From Vicugna vicugna (taxonomy: Eukaryota), in assembly GCA_013265495.1 (NCBI GenBank), contig MU058636.1, forward strand, positions 7,270,295 through 7,334,294: a stretch of DNA of 64,000 nt. The letters are read 5' to 3'. Below are positions 13,590-27,044 of this stretch, in pieces. The notes beneath the pieces are model-generated. The model worked only from the letters and a program-made list of their open reading frames with translations, was not told the DNA's origin and did not search any database. Numbering within the stretch: the first letter of the stretch is position 1; each line of letters starts with the position of its first letter. The translations under genes and the position numbers were made by a program.

Positions 13590-13740
13590 GATTTTCTTTT
13601 CCCAGCAACTCCGTAGCTTGTACAGGGTAAGTATTATTGCCTCTTTTACCGAGGAGAAAACCGAGGGGTAAATGATTTTGCTCAAGATCACACCATTAGT
13701 CGGTAGCAATGCTGAGTTCCAACCCAGGTCTGCAAGAGCC
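13590..13740 (-). mobile_element. MIR SINE
   Basis: ttttaccgaggagaaaaccgagg...ttgctcaagatcacacc...gagttccaacccaggtctg. Confidence 0.65.
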
Positions 13741-14139
13741 GCACCAAATCCTCTTTCCAGCCCTTCCCAGCAGGCCCTCAGGGCACTCACAGTAGGAACA
13801 CAGAGGCAGTGCCCTCTGAGCAGGTCAGGCACAGCTCTAGATGTGGGTTTCCAACTCACTCAAAGCTGATGCATAAGAAAAAGTCCTCATTACCTGAGGT
13901 CTTCTCTTCTCATCTGTGTTGAATTTCTGCTTTCCTGGTCTATGGTACAAGCAGAAAAACTACCTCCAGCTGTCACAGTGGAAGGTACTACCTAGCTGGC
14001 GGTGTGGCTTGGTGCTCCTACTGGAAGCAGTGGTAGGGCTGTGTCTCCGTGCTGGCCCACCCTTCCCCAGTCCTTCTGTTGAAGGAGAGAGCTTCAGAAC
14101 CCAGCTTATGATCCTTGGTAAGAAATCAGGCTCTTTAAT

Positions 14140-14340
14140 GAAAGAGCCTTTTACTCACCTGGACCTGAGTTCAAATTCTGCCTCAGCAACTATCTAGTCA
14201 TGAGCTTGTATGAGACATCACTCATCAGAGTCTGAGTTTATTTATATGCAAAATGGGCATCATACCATCTACTGGAAGAGCAAGAATGAAGTAAAGGAGC
14301 TCAGGGCTGGGCACACAGTAGTAGGTCCTTAACGAGCATT
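14140..14340 (+). mobile_element. MIR SINE
   Basis: gacctgagttcaaattctgcctc...aaaatgggcatcatacc...ggcacacagtag. Confidence 0.6.
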
Positions 14341-14892
14341 AAGCCACCCCACCATCTCCCCCCACTCTAGAGATTTTCATTCAGCTATTTCTGCTGCGCT
14401 CAGAAACCAGCCAATCCCAGTGGCCCTCTGATGCCTAAGGGTGTCTGCACTCCACGGATCATCAATGAAGTGCCAAGAGGACCAAAATGGGACCAGAACT
14501 GGAGAATAAGGACAGCTGAGGGAAGCAGCCACAGGACACTGCACTCACTGTACAGTCTGTGTGCTTCTTTTATCTCCAAAAGCTAATTAATTGTCATCAC
14601 TTTATGTTTCTCTGTTACTCCCAACATTTTTCACTCGGAGGTTAATAACTGCTGTTCTACCTTTAACAAAGGCCGAAAGGAAGCCTTAAACAAGATTACA
14701 GTCATTGGCAACTCGACTGGTAAAACAGAGAAAATGGCTTCCACTTTAAAGTTAAAAAAAAAAAAAGTGAAAGAACTCTGAACGCTAATTGTGTCCGGAT
14801 GGGACAGAGCACGCCTATTTCTTCTCTCCTTGAGGCTGACTAGTTTAATTCTGCGAGCACAGCCCTGCACTCAGTACACAAGAAGCATTTAC

Positions 14893-15026
14893 CCGGTCTC
14901 TGCGATGATTTCGGGAGCCACATATGTCGGGGTGCCACAGACGGTGTACAGGGGGCCGTCTACAATGGTGGCCAGTCCGAAGTCGCCCAGCTTCAGCGAT
15001 TTGCTGCCATCTTGGTGTTCGTACAC
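14893..15026 (-). CDS. DCLK1: DCLK1 exon 14 (134 nt): [44 protein letters not shown](G)
   Basis: DFG to APE activation segment. TTTAG| acceptor and GG|GTAAAT donor. Confidence 0.97.
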
Positions 15027-15095
15027 CTAAAGTAAAGAGTGAAACTGCCTTAAAATCAAGAGATTGAAAGTCTTTCCTGAAGAAATGAGGGACAC

Positions 15096-15415
15096 TGTGG
15101 TTTAAATTTAATATAGGTTGGCCTAAAACAAACAGACTGCCAGATACTTTGCCAGCAAAGAAGGGTTTATTCGGGATCAGCAGAGACTTGCAATTCGGAG
15201 GCAAGTCCCCACAGGGCAGAGGAAGGAGAGGAAAAGGAAGCTGGGAGGGCTGTAGTCAACAAAGAGTCCATGGCTTCTCGCTAGTAGAATCCTTGCCAGG
15301 AAAGAAAAGGAGCCTTATGCATGTTGGGCTCGGCTATGGTCATAGGGAGTGAGAGCTCCCCCTTCTGGTCTCCCAACTCCATTTAACGGAGGTTTCTGTT
15401 CACTAAGTTTTTACA
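15096..15415 (-). mobile_element. Solo LTR-like element
   Basis: About 320 bp bounded by TG...CA, with a minus-strand AATAAA at 15171-15166 and LTR-like composition. No TSD seen and family not identified. Confidence 0.45.
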
Positions 15416-15479
15416 TAGATTTATTATAAAATTTTAAAAATCAGGCAATTATGCAAGAATATACATACAAGAATATCTT

Positions 15480-15830
15480 TATATCACTGCAGAACCAAAA
15501 GCATGGTGAACAACCAGCAAATGGAAATTTGTGAGATAAATTATGGTGCACTCATACAATGAGAGGCTACAAGACCATTAAAATGGTGATACGGGTTCAC
15601 ATTTACTGAAATGAATGATGTTTGGGAAGTGAGGACAGACTTCAGACTGGTTTGCATAAAATGCCTATTAAAGAGGAAAAAATACGTACAAAGAAAAATG
15701 TCTGGAAGAACACCATGTTGGTGTGTCTGTCACTGGGTGCTAGGATTATAGGAGATTTGTTTTCCTTTTGTTTATCTGCATTTGAAGTTTGCTACATTTA
15801 AAATTTATTTGCAGAATACAATGAAATATA
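15480..15830 (+). mobile_element. Old L1M 3' fragment
   Basis: Motifs such as gataaattatggtgcactcatacaatg and aaatgtctggaagaacacc are typical of L1M 3' ends. Confidence 0.5.
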
Positions 15831-18281
15831 GAAATTTTCTAGTGCAAAATCTCCAATTTATGAAAATAATTAGCCTTCGTTTTAATATATAAAAAGCTCT
15901 CAAAGTGTAGATCTTTGGTAAAGTGAACAAAAAATCTACATGTCTATTAAAATATTTTATTTTCGGTGCCCCACATTTCCACCAAGATCTATTTACATTT
16001 TTTTATTAATAATTGAAAGGGATATTAACATTTCATTTCACCTGTGGCAATCTGGAAAGATTTATCAGGTGCAGAGTCAGCGTTCTGTCCAGGTTTCCTT
16101 ATTAAGGCAGTAAAAGGCTCCAGTCTTTCACCCAACAAATCAAGAAAAGGATGCATGTGACCCTAGGCAAGTATTTACACTGCTTCAATTCTAGCCCATG
16201 ATCAAACCAAATGGATCTGCTCCAGAAAGTATCCCAAACAACATCTATTATTTCAAAGGAAAGATCAAAGAGCATTCAGAATTCTAATTCAGAGCCCTCC
16301 ACTGGAATCAATAAGATAAAGAAAAGATTGCCACGGTGAAAGGCTAGTATTCCCAGCCAAGGCCGCGGCCAAGAGATGCCTCGAGGATATGGAGAAATCT
16401 TCCCCGTACATCAAAACAATTCAGCCAGCCAGCCGAGGCCGGCGTGCTCTTCTGTTAGCGCTCTAGGGTTATCTGCACTTGCTTGAGCAGTTCGAACCTC
16501 GCGCACAGCAAGGCACATCTCCACACATCAGGAGAGCCGCTACCGTTTACACTCCAGGTCTGCCTTCCTTTGGAAAAAGGGGATTAACTTCTCATTTCAC
16601 CGCAGCATCAGCTGGAGATGTTTGGACAGCTAAGCTGCAGTAGCAGCAGTGCTCATTGGGCTCTAACTGCTTTGGCTATTAAAAAAAAAAAAAAAAAGGC
16701 AGTCAGATCCTCCTCTCTGGAAAGACTGTCTTTTCTGGGCAGAAAATATTCCCTTACATTTCCTCCACGCTCAGAACATGGGGCCCTCTCCCTTAGGGCT
16801 CAACCAGGATCAAGTCTGGGCTGCCCGTAGGCAGGTATGCAGAGGTTCACGGGGTCACCCGCACTTGGGTTGCTAGGGCAGGGCAGCTGTGTGTCCCTCT
16901 CAGACGTGGCCATCGTCCTCTGAGATGAACACTGTCCTCCCCACTTTAATGAAGCAGCCGTCTAGCCCCACTCAGCACAGACAAGTCTGAATTACAGACT
17001 TTGAGGTACCAGAGCTGCAAAACACAGTATCATCCCCAGCATAAATGTTCTCAGGCAAAAGAAATCCCTAAATCGTAGTCTCAGCATGTCAGCCACTCTG
17101 GTCGTCCAAATGACAAGCAAATGTTTTTCCTGAAAAGAAATCGGAGCTGGAAACACCTAGTAGGTCATCCAGTTTATTTCCCAGACGGAGCAGAATTGTT
17201 TACTTCCCTAATTCCATTTTGTTACCAATTACCTTTTTAAAATGCAAAATAACCTCCTGCTTTGATGTTCTATTAGGTCCAAACATTCATGGTGTGTGTT
17301 TTGTGAGGCTGTGCAGATTTCAAATTACACAACTCCATTTGTATAGAAGATTTTGTGGCTTTTTTTCTAAACATACTATCCATAATCACCTAACTATTCA
17401 AAAGCTGGACGAAAGCAGATGTTGGCAGATGCAGTCATAAGTCACATTTTAGTTCTGAATACGACCATGTAATTCTCCTACATGTACCAAAGGTTCTCTT
17501 TTTAAGCATCTACATTTTAATAGGAATTCCATCTTACACATAGCCATATGCCAATTATATTTAATACAGCTGAGCAATAAAGTTCAAAGTTTTAATAACT
17601 AAGGAAAAAAGCACTAAAGAATTTACCTAAAATAAAATGAAGATTTAACAGTAACAATACTTTAAACATAAACCAGCATCATTTAAATGAAATACACAGA
17701 ATCTATAATTTTTATGTTCTTTTCATCTCTCCTTAATCATTTCTACATGCCTCCCCCACCTTTTTTTTGGCTTTGAAAGCAATATAGTAGAATTTTCATG
17801 AACATATAAAGAGATTAAAGTGATGCCTACGAGAGACAGTAAGAGCTAAGAGACAAAGGCCTAATCCATGTAATTGGAAACATTTCTAGACCCAAGTACG
17901 TTTGAAATGCTTCAGCAAAATGTTTTTGCAGGTGAATAAATGTCCAGGCCTCTTGTTTGGAATTCTGTTTAACTTACTTACTGTCAGGCAGGGCAGGAAG
18001 CAAGGTTGCTTTGGGTTTTTCTCTGTCAACACTTGGGGAGAAGAATACGGAGGAACGGGTTGTAATGTCTCCTGTCCTCCGGTGAGAGAGCGCCTTTCCC
18101 AGTCCAGGGGCCCAGCTCACAACGGGGCTCACCTGAGCGCCGGCTGCGGCCTCAGCTGGGCTCGCCCTCATCTCTGACCAGCTGAACGCACAGGGGCAGG
18201 AGTGAGGCCATTTGACAATGTAATTAAAACTTTGTTCAAAATCACAGATTGCTAAATGCATCTGTTTCAAACACATGCGTG

Positions 18282-18303
18282 TACACACACACACACACAC
18301 ACA
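18282..18303. repeat. (CA)n microsatellite
   Basis: Direct reading. Confidence 0.9.
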
Positions 18304-20159
18304 GCCTCACAAAACCATCTCCAGAAAGTATTTTCCTAAAAGGCAGCTATAAATTCACTCTGAACTAAGTTTTTAATTAAAAGTTAGGGGTCGGAAAAGC
18401 TCCTAACACGTTCACATTGAGAAGGCTGAGCCCCTGGCTTCTCGCGCTCTCTGAACCGACCATCTTTCAGAAAGAACCCGTACAGGCTGCAAGTCTCGGC
18501 TGGGACAGCCTGACCCAGCAGGGGGTGTTCTGGGGGAAGAAGCGCTTTTTGCTAGAACCATATTTTAAAGCCTCCGTAAAACATGACCCACACGGGAGGT
18601 GGGAGTACATTCATTGTCAATCAAAGAGTATTCACAACATGAGATATAATTTAACGTTCACCCCAGGCCCTTTAAATACTTATAGATGTTCCTCCACATT
18701 TTAAACACCGAGGGGCTATTGAAGAGACGGGGATTAGTGCAAATTACCCAGTATGTAGTGCTTTCACTGTTTTAACTAAGCAATAAAACTGTGTAATTGT
18801 ACAACACTAATTGAATGCAGCTACACATAATTGTGGGCTGCCATATGTATCCTATTACCATAAAGACTGTCAGTATTTTGTAAGCTACTCTTGTGATCAT
18901 TGCAGATGGCTACAGTCAGAAAAGTTGTTCTCCAGGGTTTATTATATGGCTATAAAGACATCCCATGATTTGACAGACTAAATGTGTTCAATGGCAGCAA
19001 TTATGAAAAAGGTTCCAATTAAGAGCTGAAGGCACGTCCTACCAAGAAGAGATAGAGTGAAAGGTCAGGTGTGTAGGCTTTTGGCAAACTGGTATTTTAA
19101 ACAGGAGTTTTCTTTTTTAAAGGAGAGTTTTATATTTCTGTTTCTTTTCTGTTTATTTGGGGTTTCGCAGTAGCTGTGACTCTCTAAGCAGCAGACGTTT
19201 GAGCACATGCCTGACTTCCTTTGGATTAGAAATGGAGACCATTTGAAAAAGTTATTTGAAAAAATAAAAGATTTAATATAGAGTCATAAAATGCAGACGG
19301 TGGCCATAAAATAATATGAAAATTCACAGATAACCTGAATTGAGTCAAATGGTGTCTGAGATTCCCATAATAGAGAACTAAAAGCTGACTAATATAACAG
19401 ATGTGTTGGACAAACATAATTCTCAATGTTGATGTGAATTCAAGGATAACCCTGTTGAAACACTGGCTAATGCATCATGAGTAAACACTGAAATATTCTT
19501 CACTTAGGAGCTCCATAGGTACTAAAAGTTATTTCACCAAATAGAATTTAACAAAACTGGCATGAAATTGACAAAGCCGTAAAAACAAAAAGTCAATTTA
19601 CTTCTTAACAAATATAGTATCCTTCTAAAAAAAAGACATTGATTTTCCGCTAGCCATGGTATATGGCCTTTAGGGTGCTTTCTTTAAAAAGTGGATTAAA
19701 TTTAAGTCTTTAATCTCTAAGAAGTGAAGTATAACAACATTTTTGCAGGGAATTATGTTTCAAAATGTACTTTATGGTTCACATACTTTAGAATTAAACC
19801 TCCTGGGAAAAAAATTAATTCTTAAAAAAACCAAATTCATTTTATACCCACATGTAAAATCTTTAGGAAACAAAAATATTAAGTGAAATAATTTTAAAAA
19901 TGTACAGACGTCAGAAGAGGAGTAATAACATTAATAAGAAGAAATAAAATAGCTTTTCAAGGTATTACCCTAGAGATAGCTGGGAAGATGCAGAAGTGAA
20001 CGGAAACTCCAGGAAACCTGATTCTTCTCCCCCTTTTAAAACAGTCACGAAACTTACTAGAAATGAGTTTCATGCAGCTGCAGGGAGATTCATGAAACAT
20101 GCACTTTCTGGATTCTGTAGCAACTGTACGTCCTGCTAAAACTGTGGGAACTCCATGTC

Positions 20160-20788
20160 ATTGCAATTTTTAGAAATTGTGTTACATTTTTGTCACACAA
20201 GTAATATCCAATATGTCATTGTAGGAAAATTAGAAAAGACAGATAATTATAGAGAGAAGGGAATTAAACTCACCTGCAATCTTGAAATTTCTTACCTAGA
20301 AATAACCATTGTTAACATTTTGAGTATGAACTTCCAGAGCTTTCTTTCTTTCTCTTTTCTGTCTTTTTTTTCCCCTCTGCTGAATAATACCTCCTGAATG
20401 TCTGCCGAAGTGAATAAGCATGTATCTACATCGCGATTTTCGGGGGCTGCTGGATATTCCATTGTGTGGCTGCACCTTAACAATAATCCCCCCAAATGCT
20501 GCCCCTGCTGTTTCATTGAGCACATAGGCTATGCCAAGCCTTGTGTTGAGGATTTCATGCTCAATATCCCATTGGATCTTCACAGCAACCCTATTAAGTA
20601 ATATTTCTGATATTTTGAGGATGAAAAAATTGAGGCTCAGAGACGTTAAATAACTTGCCAAATATTACACAGCTAATCAGTGGCAAAGCCAGGGCTTAAG
20701 CTAGGGCATGTCCAAGTCCATGATTCTAACCAGTATGTCCTCATCGTGCCATTATTTGAAAAATCTGCCCAGGTGAAGCTGTGTGTGC

Positions 20789-20819
<31 letters not shown>

Positions 20820-21080
20820 TATACGTATATATGTATTTTTTTCCATACTAAAAAACACTGAGATGACGTATACATATCTGATATTTTTCCTTAGGTTACA
20901 TTTCTAGAATAGATTTACTTGGTCACAGGGTGCACGTTATTTAAGACTTTAATTATATATTACCAAATTACCTTTCAGAAGGGTTCCATCAAGTTACTCT
21001 TGCACAAATTCGTAAGAGATGATTGGTATCCTCATAAATTTGCCAACACAGGATGTTATTATTATTATTATTATTAATCT
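20160..21080 (-). mobile_element. Old L1M fragment interrupted by a MIR (about 20500-20750)
   Basis: L1-like ataaccattgttaacattttg, tattccattgtgtggctgcacc and ttaccaaattacctttcagaaggg flank the MIR core gaaaaaattgaggctcagagacgttaaataacttgcc. Confidence 0.55.
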
Positions 21081-22761
21081 TTGCTAGTCCCACAAGGCCA
21101 TGTCATTGTAAAATAAAATGAATGGTATTGCTCAAGTCCTGGAAGGCAGAAGGCATGAGTAGTGCCGTAGACAGATGCCGACCAACATGGGGAACACGCT
21201 ACACTCTGACTCTGGTCTTCCTCTCCCTGATGGAACCACAGTTCCTTGCAGAAGGGCCCTCAGAAAATGCTTATACAGTAACTGGCGTATTATTGCATTA
21301 AAGAATGTTTAGGGAACATGTTCTTTTTCTTCTATTTTCCCTCAACTTTTAGCCAAATTCAGAGACAAGGAATTTTCTAAACACCCATGAAAAATGATCA
21401 TTTACTTTCTGCTTGGACTTTTTACATAACTGCAAGATACCTGTAATAAAAGCCATTTAGTTTTCAAACAGCTGTAATTGTTAGAAAGTTTTTAAATCAG
21501 CCTCAGATCTCTTATTAATGTCTTCTCCTTGGTGTGAGTTCAGCACTCTCAAACACAGCACAAGAGTGTTCTCCCATCTCCTTTCGTATATCTGATGACA
21601 GCCACCCTTCTCCACTTTCTCCATCCCTTCTTTGAGCTGAACCCCAGGCTGCTGATGTCACATGTTCAGGTCCCTCCCTGTAAGGGTCACGTGGTATGAC
21701 CAGGGCAGGAGACACCCTTTCAAAATGAAAGGAGTCTAAGGGCGTATTGGTGTCTTCAACAGTCATGTCACACTGAGACTCACAGTGAACTTATTATGGT
21801 CAACTAATTTTCCCATTACTGATTTTCTGCGATGATCATTAAAACAATACCACCCAAACCACCTAATCCATAGGGATTTATGTTTATCTCTTGTTACATT
21901 TCATCTTACTATTTTGGGACCCTTATGGAGTTAAAGATACCTTTGGTTCTCAGTTCTGTCCTTTGATATATATAATTCCTCTTCAGCTCCCTGGTAAGGC
22001 TGCTTAGGGCGGGGCTAGTGACAGACTCCTGTGAATCCCTGGCTCTCGTGCTGAGAGTGACCCTAATCCGATCATCAGCCCTCTGGTGGCTCCAGCTCAT
22101 CCTGCAGTAAACTGACTACACCTCTACTCCACTGTGTTTTTGTTTACATCCTCTGGTGCTCCATCTGTGGCACCGTCTCATCTCGTCTACCAGTGTACTT
22201 AGCTATACTATCACAAAATGGGTTTATCTGGGGATTGAGAATCATGGGATGAAAGCAGAAGGAAATCCATTACCTGGTGAGCTCAGGGTTGGCGTGAAGC
22301 AGAAACTAAGAAGGGCTGGAGCACAACCTGTGGCCATCCCTTGGGGAAAACAAGATAATTTATCACTAGATTCAACCCGTTTAGCGAAAATGAGGGTCAT
22401 TAGCTGTACATGCCATTTTAGCGGGCAGCTAGAGACAGGCACAAACACCTCGACAGAGAGTTTTTAGGAGAAAACTTCTAACCAGGAGAAGCAGTTTCCC
22501 TGAGAAACGGCTTTTCCCCAGACAGCACTGAGGAGTTTGGAAGGAAAAAGGTTTTTGAACATAAACTTTTATATTTCAAGAAAATTACTGTGTTTATTTC
22601 TGGAATCTAATAAAAACTAGTGATGTAAGTTATAGTTTTGCCAGTAAAGACTTTAATTTTCCTAAGGAGGAGACAGCTGCGTATACATTTAAAAAAGACC
22701 CTTCTAGCTCCCCAAGAGAAACAGGCTGCTACTGATGAGTTTTGCAGCCAAGGATACAAGT

Positions 22762-22775
22762 CTGCCATCTAGTGG
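22762..22775 (-). promoter_or_regulatory. CTCF core motif
   Basis: The minus strand reads CCACTAGATGGCAG, fitting CCACYAGRKGGCRS at every position. Confidence 0.6.
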
Positions 22776-25109
22776 TGATTTGTGTAAACTGAAAGCAGTT
22801 GATCTCAGGAAGCCCATTTTTGTTTTGTTTTTTTAAATTAAAGCAAAAGGTTCCTTTCTGTCATTAACTACCACCACACGCACGCACGCGTGCACACACA
22901 CATACACACAATGGTTCTATGCATAAGTGCAGCTGGGAAAGCACTGTACTTCCTCTCCCCGACGCACTCAGAGAGGTTTAGTCTGCAGACAATGTGAGTC
23001 CTCAACTTAATAGATGAATTAAGAAACGACTAGGGTTTGTCCTGTTGGGTATGTCCTATTCCATGAAAAAATATCACCATTCACTCGCTTTCTCCTCTAA
23101 TCCACCCTGTCATCCACCTGTCACTCACCCAGATGATTATTAAGCACCAAGAAGCAAAAAGAAACATACAATCATTGGCATGATTAACACTTAAAAAAAA
23201 AAACCTTAGCAACAATGCAATAATAAAATTATAAATTGCATCAGTTCCCAGTTTTTTGCCTAAAAACATGGCTGGAAATACCACTGTAAATCAAATCATA
23301 TTTTCTTATTAAAATACTTTCACCTGACCAAGCACTTAAACTGAATAAATCATTCATATGGTCAGTATGGATCTTACAGCCAAGCTACATTATTTTTCTA
23401 TTGTTCTGCAGGAATTAAAAGTAAAAAAATTGTAAAAGTTACGGATATATGATGATATTATACAAAATGAAATCCATAGCTGAAATGTCTACATTTACAA
23501 ATAATTCTTTGCTATTTATAACAAGCATTAAACAATTAGCAAAAATGTATCAGCAGTCTAACAGTTTAGGTTTTCTCTGAGGGCTCTCAATAAAACAGTA
23601 ATGCAAAGTGTGCAGTGAGGTCTTTTATTTCTTTAAGTTTCTCTGTAGTTAGAAAATGGATCAAAACTCTTTAAATTTATCGTAGCATTTTTCCAAAAAT
23701 AGTCTCTAGCTCTACATTTTGCCACAAGATGGTAAATTTATGCCTGGGTAAATAGGAAGACTTCAAAAGCAATGTCAGAAAAGATGAAAGATTATTGTCA
23801 CAAGGTGCAATTTATTGTTAAATTCATTTTTAGGGATAACTTTTTACCTTTTTATTTATTTTTATATTTTCATTTATTTTTTATCTTTTCCTTTACTTTT
23901 ATTCATTTTTATCTTTTTATTCTTTTTTTAGGGATAAATTTTTGTTCATAATAAAGAGGGAATTAAAAAAAAGAAGGGAGCTAATAGTTACATGCTGTCT
24001 CTTTATCTGCATCAAATCCCCTTAAAGGAGGCTCAAAGGAGTTAAGTAACTGGTTCAAGGTCAGAAGACTAGCCAGTGGAAGAGTGAAGCCCTTGGTTTT
24101 GAACTTTCGTCCACCTGACCATAAATCCTGAGAATGTGATTGTTGGCCTCCCAGGACGATTCTTTCTTACTTCCATACAAACGTCAACAGAATATGAAAT
24201 TAATAAGGAATCTCAAGTGCAATTAGTGATGTCATCCTAATGTTGTTAAAATTATTCTATTCTTCTACCTATTTTACCCTATAACAGATTTATCTCTGCA
24301 AACCTCACCAACCCTTACTACTCTCCTATAGTAAGAAATTACTATACTAGAGAAGCGGAATTACTTCAGTTTTTCATATAATATATTTAAACCTATGTTA
24401 TGAATGACGGCAATGGTGTGTGTGTATACATATATGCGTACACATATTTCTTCACATTCTTAAATTAGAAAAGAAAGGAAAAAAGCAGAGAACTTTTTTC
24501 TCTTTTGGGGTAATTTAAAGTAAAATAGATTCCAATGAGCACAGTACTTAAAAAGAATCCCACACATTGAAATTTTAGTAAAAGCACACTGCTAGTACTC
24601 ATTTAAGGCATTCACAGAAACAGTGCTCTGGTGAGAAGCAGGTGAACAAGGGGTCCACAAAACTGAACTGCGAAAGCGGGAAGGAAAATGAAACTTTAAT
24701 TTTCAATCACTGAATTTTTGGAGCTTAGAGAAGTTTTTAAACAAAGGCTCAGTTGTAAGTCCGTTCCCGTGAGACAATCCTACATAATTCAGGACACGGG
24801 AAGAATGAGTGCAGACGAGGCAAAATTGCTGCAGTTTATAGAAGCAACTATGCAGAAGAGAATGTTTAGGCTACTGCGGGGATGAGGAATTTGAGGGGCA
24901 ATTAAGTCAGAACGCCATCATTTGACCTCCGCTGCCTTTGCCAGCCGGTAGCTACAAGATGATTAACCTAATTGCAATGAACTAACTGCCTGTGCCTTTA
25001 TTTCCTGAATGCCTGTTTTTCCTACTTGAATGTCGCTCCATGAAGGCGAATGTCTCTCTGTACCTGGTGCACAGCAAACAGGCAGCAAACCTCTCTCCCT
25101 GATTCACAG

Positions 25110-25340
25110 CTTTATGTAGTCTAGAGGTTAAAACTTCGGGCTTTGGAGTGGGGCACAGCTAGGTTGAGACCTTGGCTCTTCCACGTAAGAGCTGTGATGG
25201 CCTTGAGCGGGTCTTTCAACTCTAGGCACCCAGTCTCCTTACCTGTGAAATGGGGCAGTTATAGAACTCACCCTACATGGCTGTTGTGAGGATGAAATGA
25301 GATGCTAAGTGTCAAGTCTCGAGCAGGGTGTGAGCACACA
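25110..25340 (+). mobile_element. MIR SINE
   Basis: cagtctccttacctgtgaaatggggc...gttgtgaggatgaaatgag. Confidence 0.65.
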
Positions 25341-25417
25341 GGTGGCTCTCCAGTACCGCAGATCTCAGCGGACTTTATGGGTAGTGGAAGTTGGGTCGTT
25401 CGTCTGCTTTTAAACTC

Positions 25418-25573
25418 CAGTGTTCGTTGGGACCATGTGGGGAACTGGCTGCCCTGCAGCTCTGCACCCTGTCACCAGTCACCAGATTCTGATTTGGAAA
25501 TTTGCATTTCTAACAGGCATCTGGGAGTAATTCTGATGCAGGGAGTCTTTGGACCACCCTTGGAGAAACACTG
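25418..25573. mobile_element. MER5-type hAT DNA transposon relic
   Basis: CAGTG...CACTG termini with internal tttgcatttctaacagg...ttctgatgca...gaccacccttggagaaacactg. Confidence 0.65.
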
Positions 25574-26469
25574 CTTGAGAGAATCCTCACTTTTCCCAGA
25601 TTTCCAGTGATGGACAAACTAACAGTTATATATAATACATGACTCTTGCGGGGTGGATAATAAAAGCCAAAGAAGAACTCCCATCTTGGGGAGAGAAACT
25701 GAATATATTTCATTAAAATTCCAGCCTGAATAGCCAGCAAAATTTATGTCACGCCCGTATTCATTAATGACAGCTCCCCGATGCCCAGTCTCTGTCTCAC
25801 TTCTTCCCAGTACGGTTTCCTTAACAACAGGACTGGGGAGCATCTCATTTGCTCGCGTGGAGAACTCTCGATGTTTCTCCAGAGATCCGGAGTCGGTGCA
25901 AAGCAAACCAAACAGTCCTAAAGGGGCATATGAATGTCTCCAATTTTTAAAGTCAGCCTTCATCATGATTACTTTCATGCCGAGGGGCTGGTGTCTTGAA
26001 AACGCACAATGAGTTATTCTCCTAGCTTCTAGATCGCATTATTGGGATGTAATTTGGGAAACTAAGACAAAGTCTAAAAGGCCTTCCATTCCTTTTTCCC
26101 AAGGAAAAGCTTTCTAACAGAAAAGTGCAGTCGATAAATAATATGAGTGTAAATGCTCTTCCTGACCACCTTGGCCTGGCCCGCGGGTTCACCGCAGCCG
26201 TAGATTTCCTGAGCTCCTTTCCTGTCCCCGACCTCGGGTTTTTATTTGCTAATAAGTCAACTGCTCCTAATAGCACAGTAACCCTCACAGATCAATTTAA
26301 AGGACTAGTTTCCAGCTGGTTACTAAAGGCCAGCTGGAAACTCGCCTTTAAGGTAATTTTTTTTTAAGGAAAGAAAGAAAATAGAAAAGAAAATAAAAAG
26401 AGAGGAATGTTCATATTCACTCATGAGCGCTCAGAACTGCAGACGCCCTGACGCGGGGGTTCCTCTTAC

Positions 26470-26616
26470 CAGCAGGTTCTCGGGCTTGATGTCACGGTGG
26501 ACGATGTTGAGGCTGTGCAGGTATTTGATGGCGCTGGCCAGGTTGTACAGCATCCCACTGGCATCTCGCTCAGTGTATTTGTTAGTGGAAGTGATGGCAT
26601 CGAAGAGATCTCCTCC
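26470..26616 (-). CDS. DCLK1: DCLK1 exon 13 (147 nt): [49 protein letters not shown]
   Basis: HRDIKPEN catalytic loop in ORF 26431..26736. CCAG| acceptor and CTG|GTAAG donor. Confidence 0.98.
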
Positions 26617-27044
26617 CTGGGAGAGAACAGCAGGAGAAGTAGCACATGAGCAGATGGTCCAAAGGCGCCTGCCACGCGAGAAAGGGAGCGAAGGATGCGT
26701 GCAGGCTCTCTGGGCTCCTCGGCCTCTCCCCGCCACGTCGTCTCAAAGGCCCAGAGACCTGGTGATTTCTCTCTCCACTGCGAGAGCCACTGACATTTCC
26801 TCCAGAGCTCAAAGGAAGGAGCAAAGAGGGCTCTCTGCCTTCAAACTCCCAGGGAAGGAGGAGAAAGGGAGCCGGGTCTCCAGGGCACAGGCATTGTGAC
26901 ACCTGGGTATCCTGCTGGCATGTGCTACATGCTTCATCCCAACTGCCAGCAGAAGTTCAGACTCAGTCCTAAATCTCTCCAAACGAGAAGCAGGTAATAC
27001 TGCAAACCGCGTCCTTGACGAAATGTTCTGCTGCCTCGTGAAAT

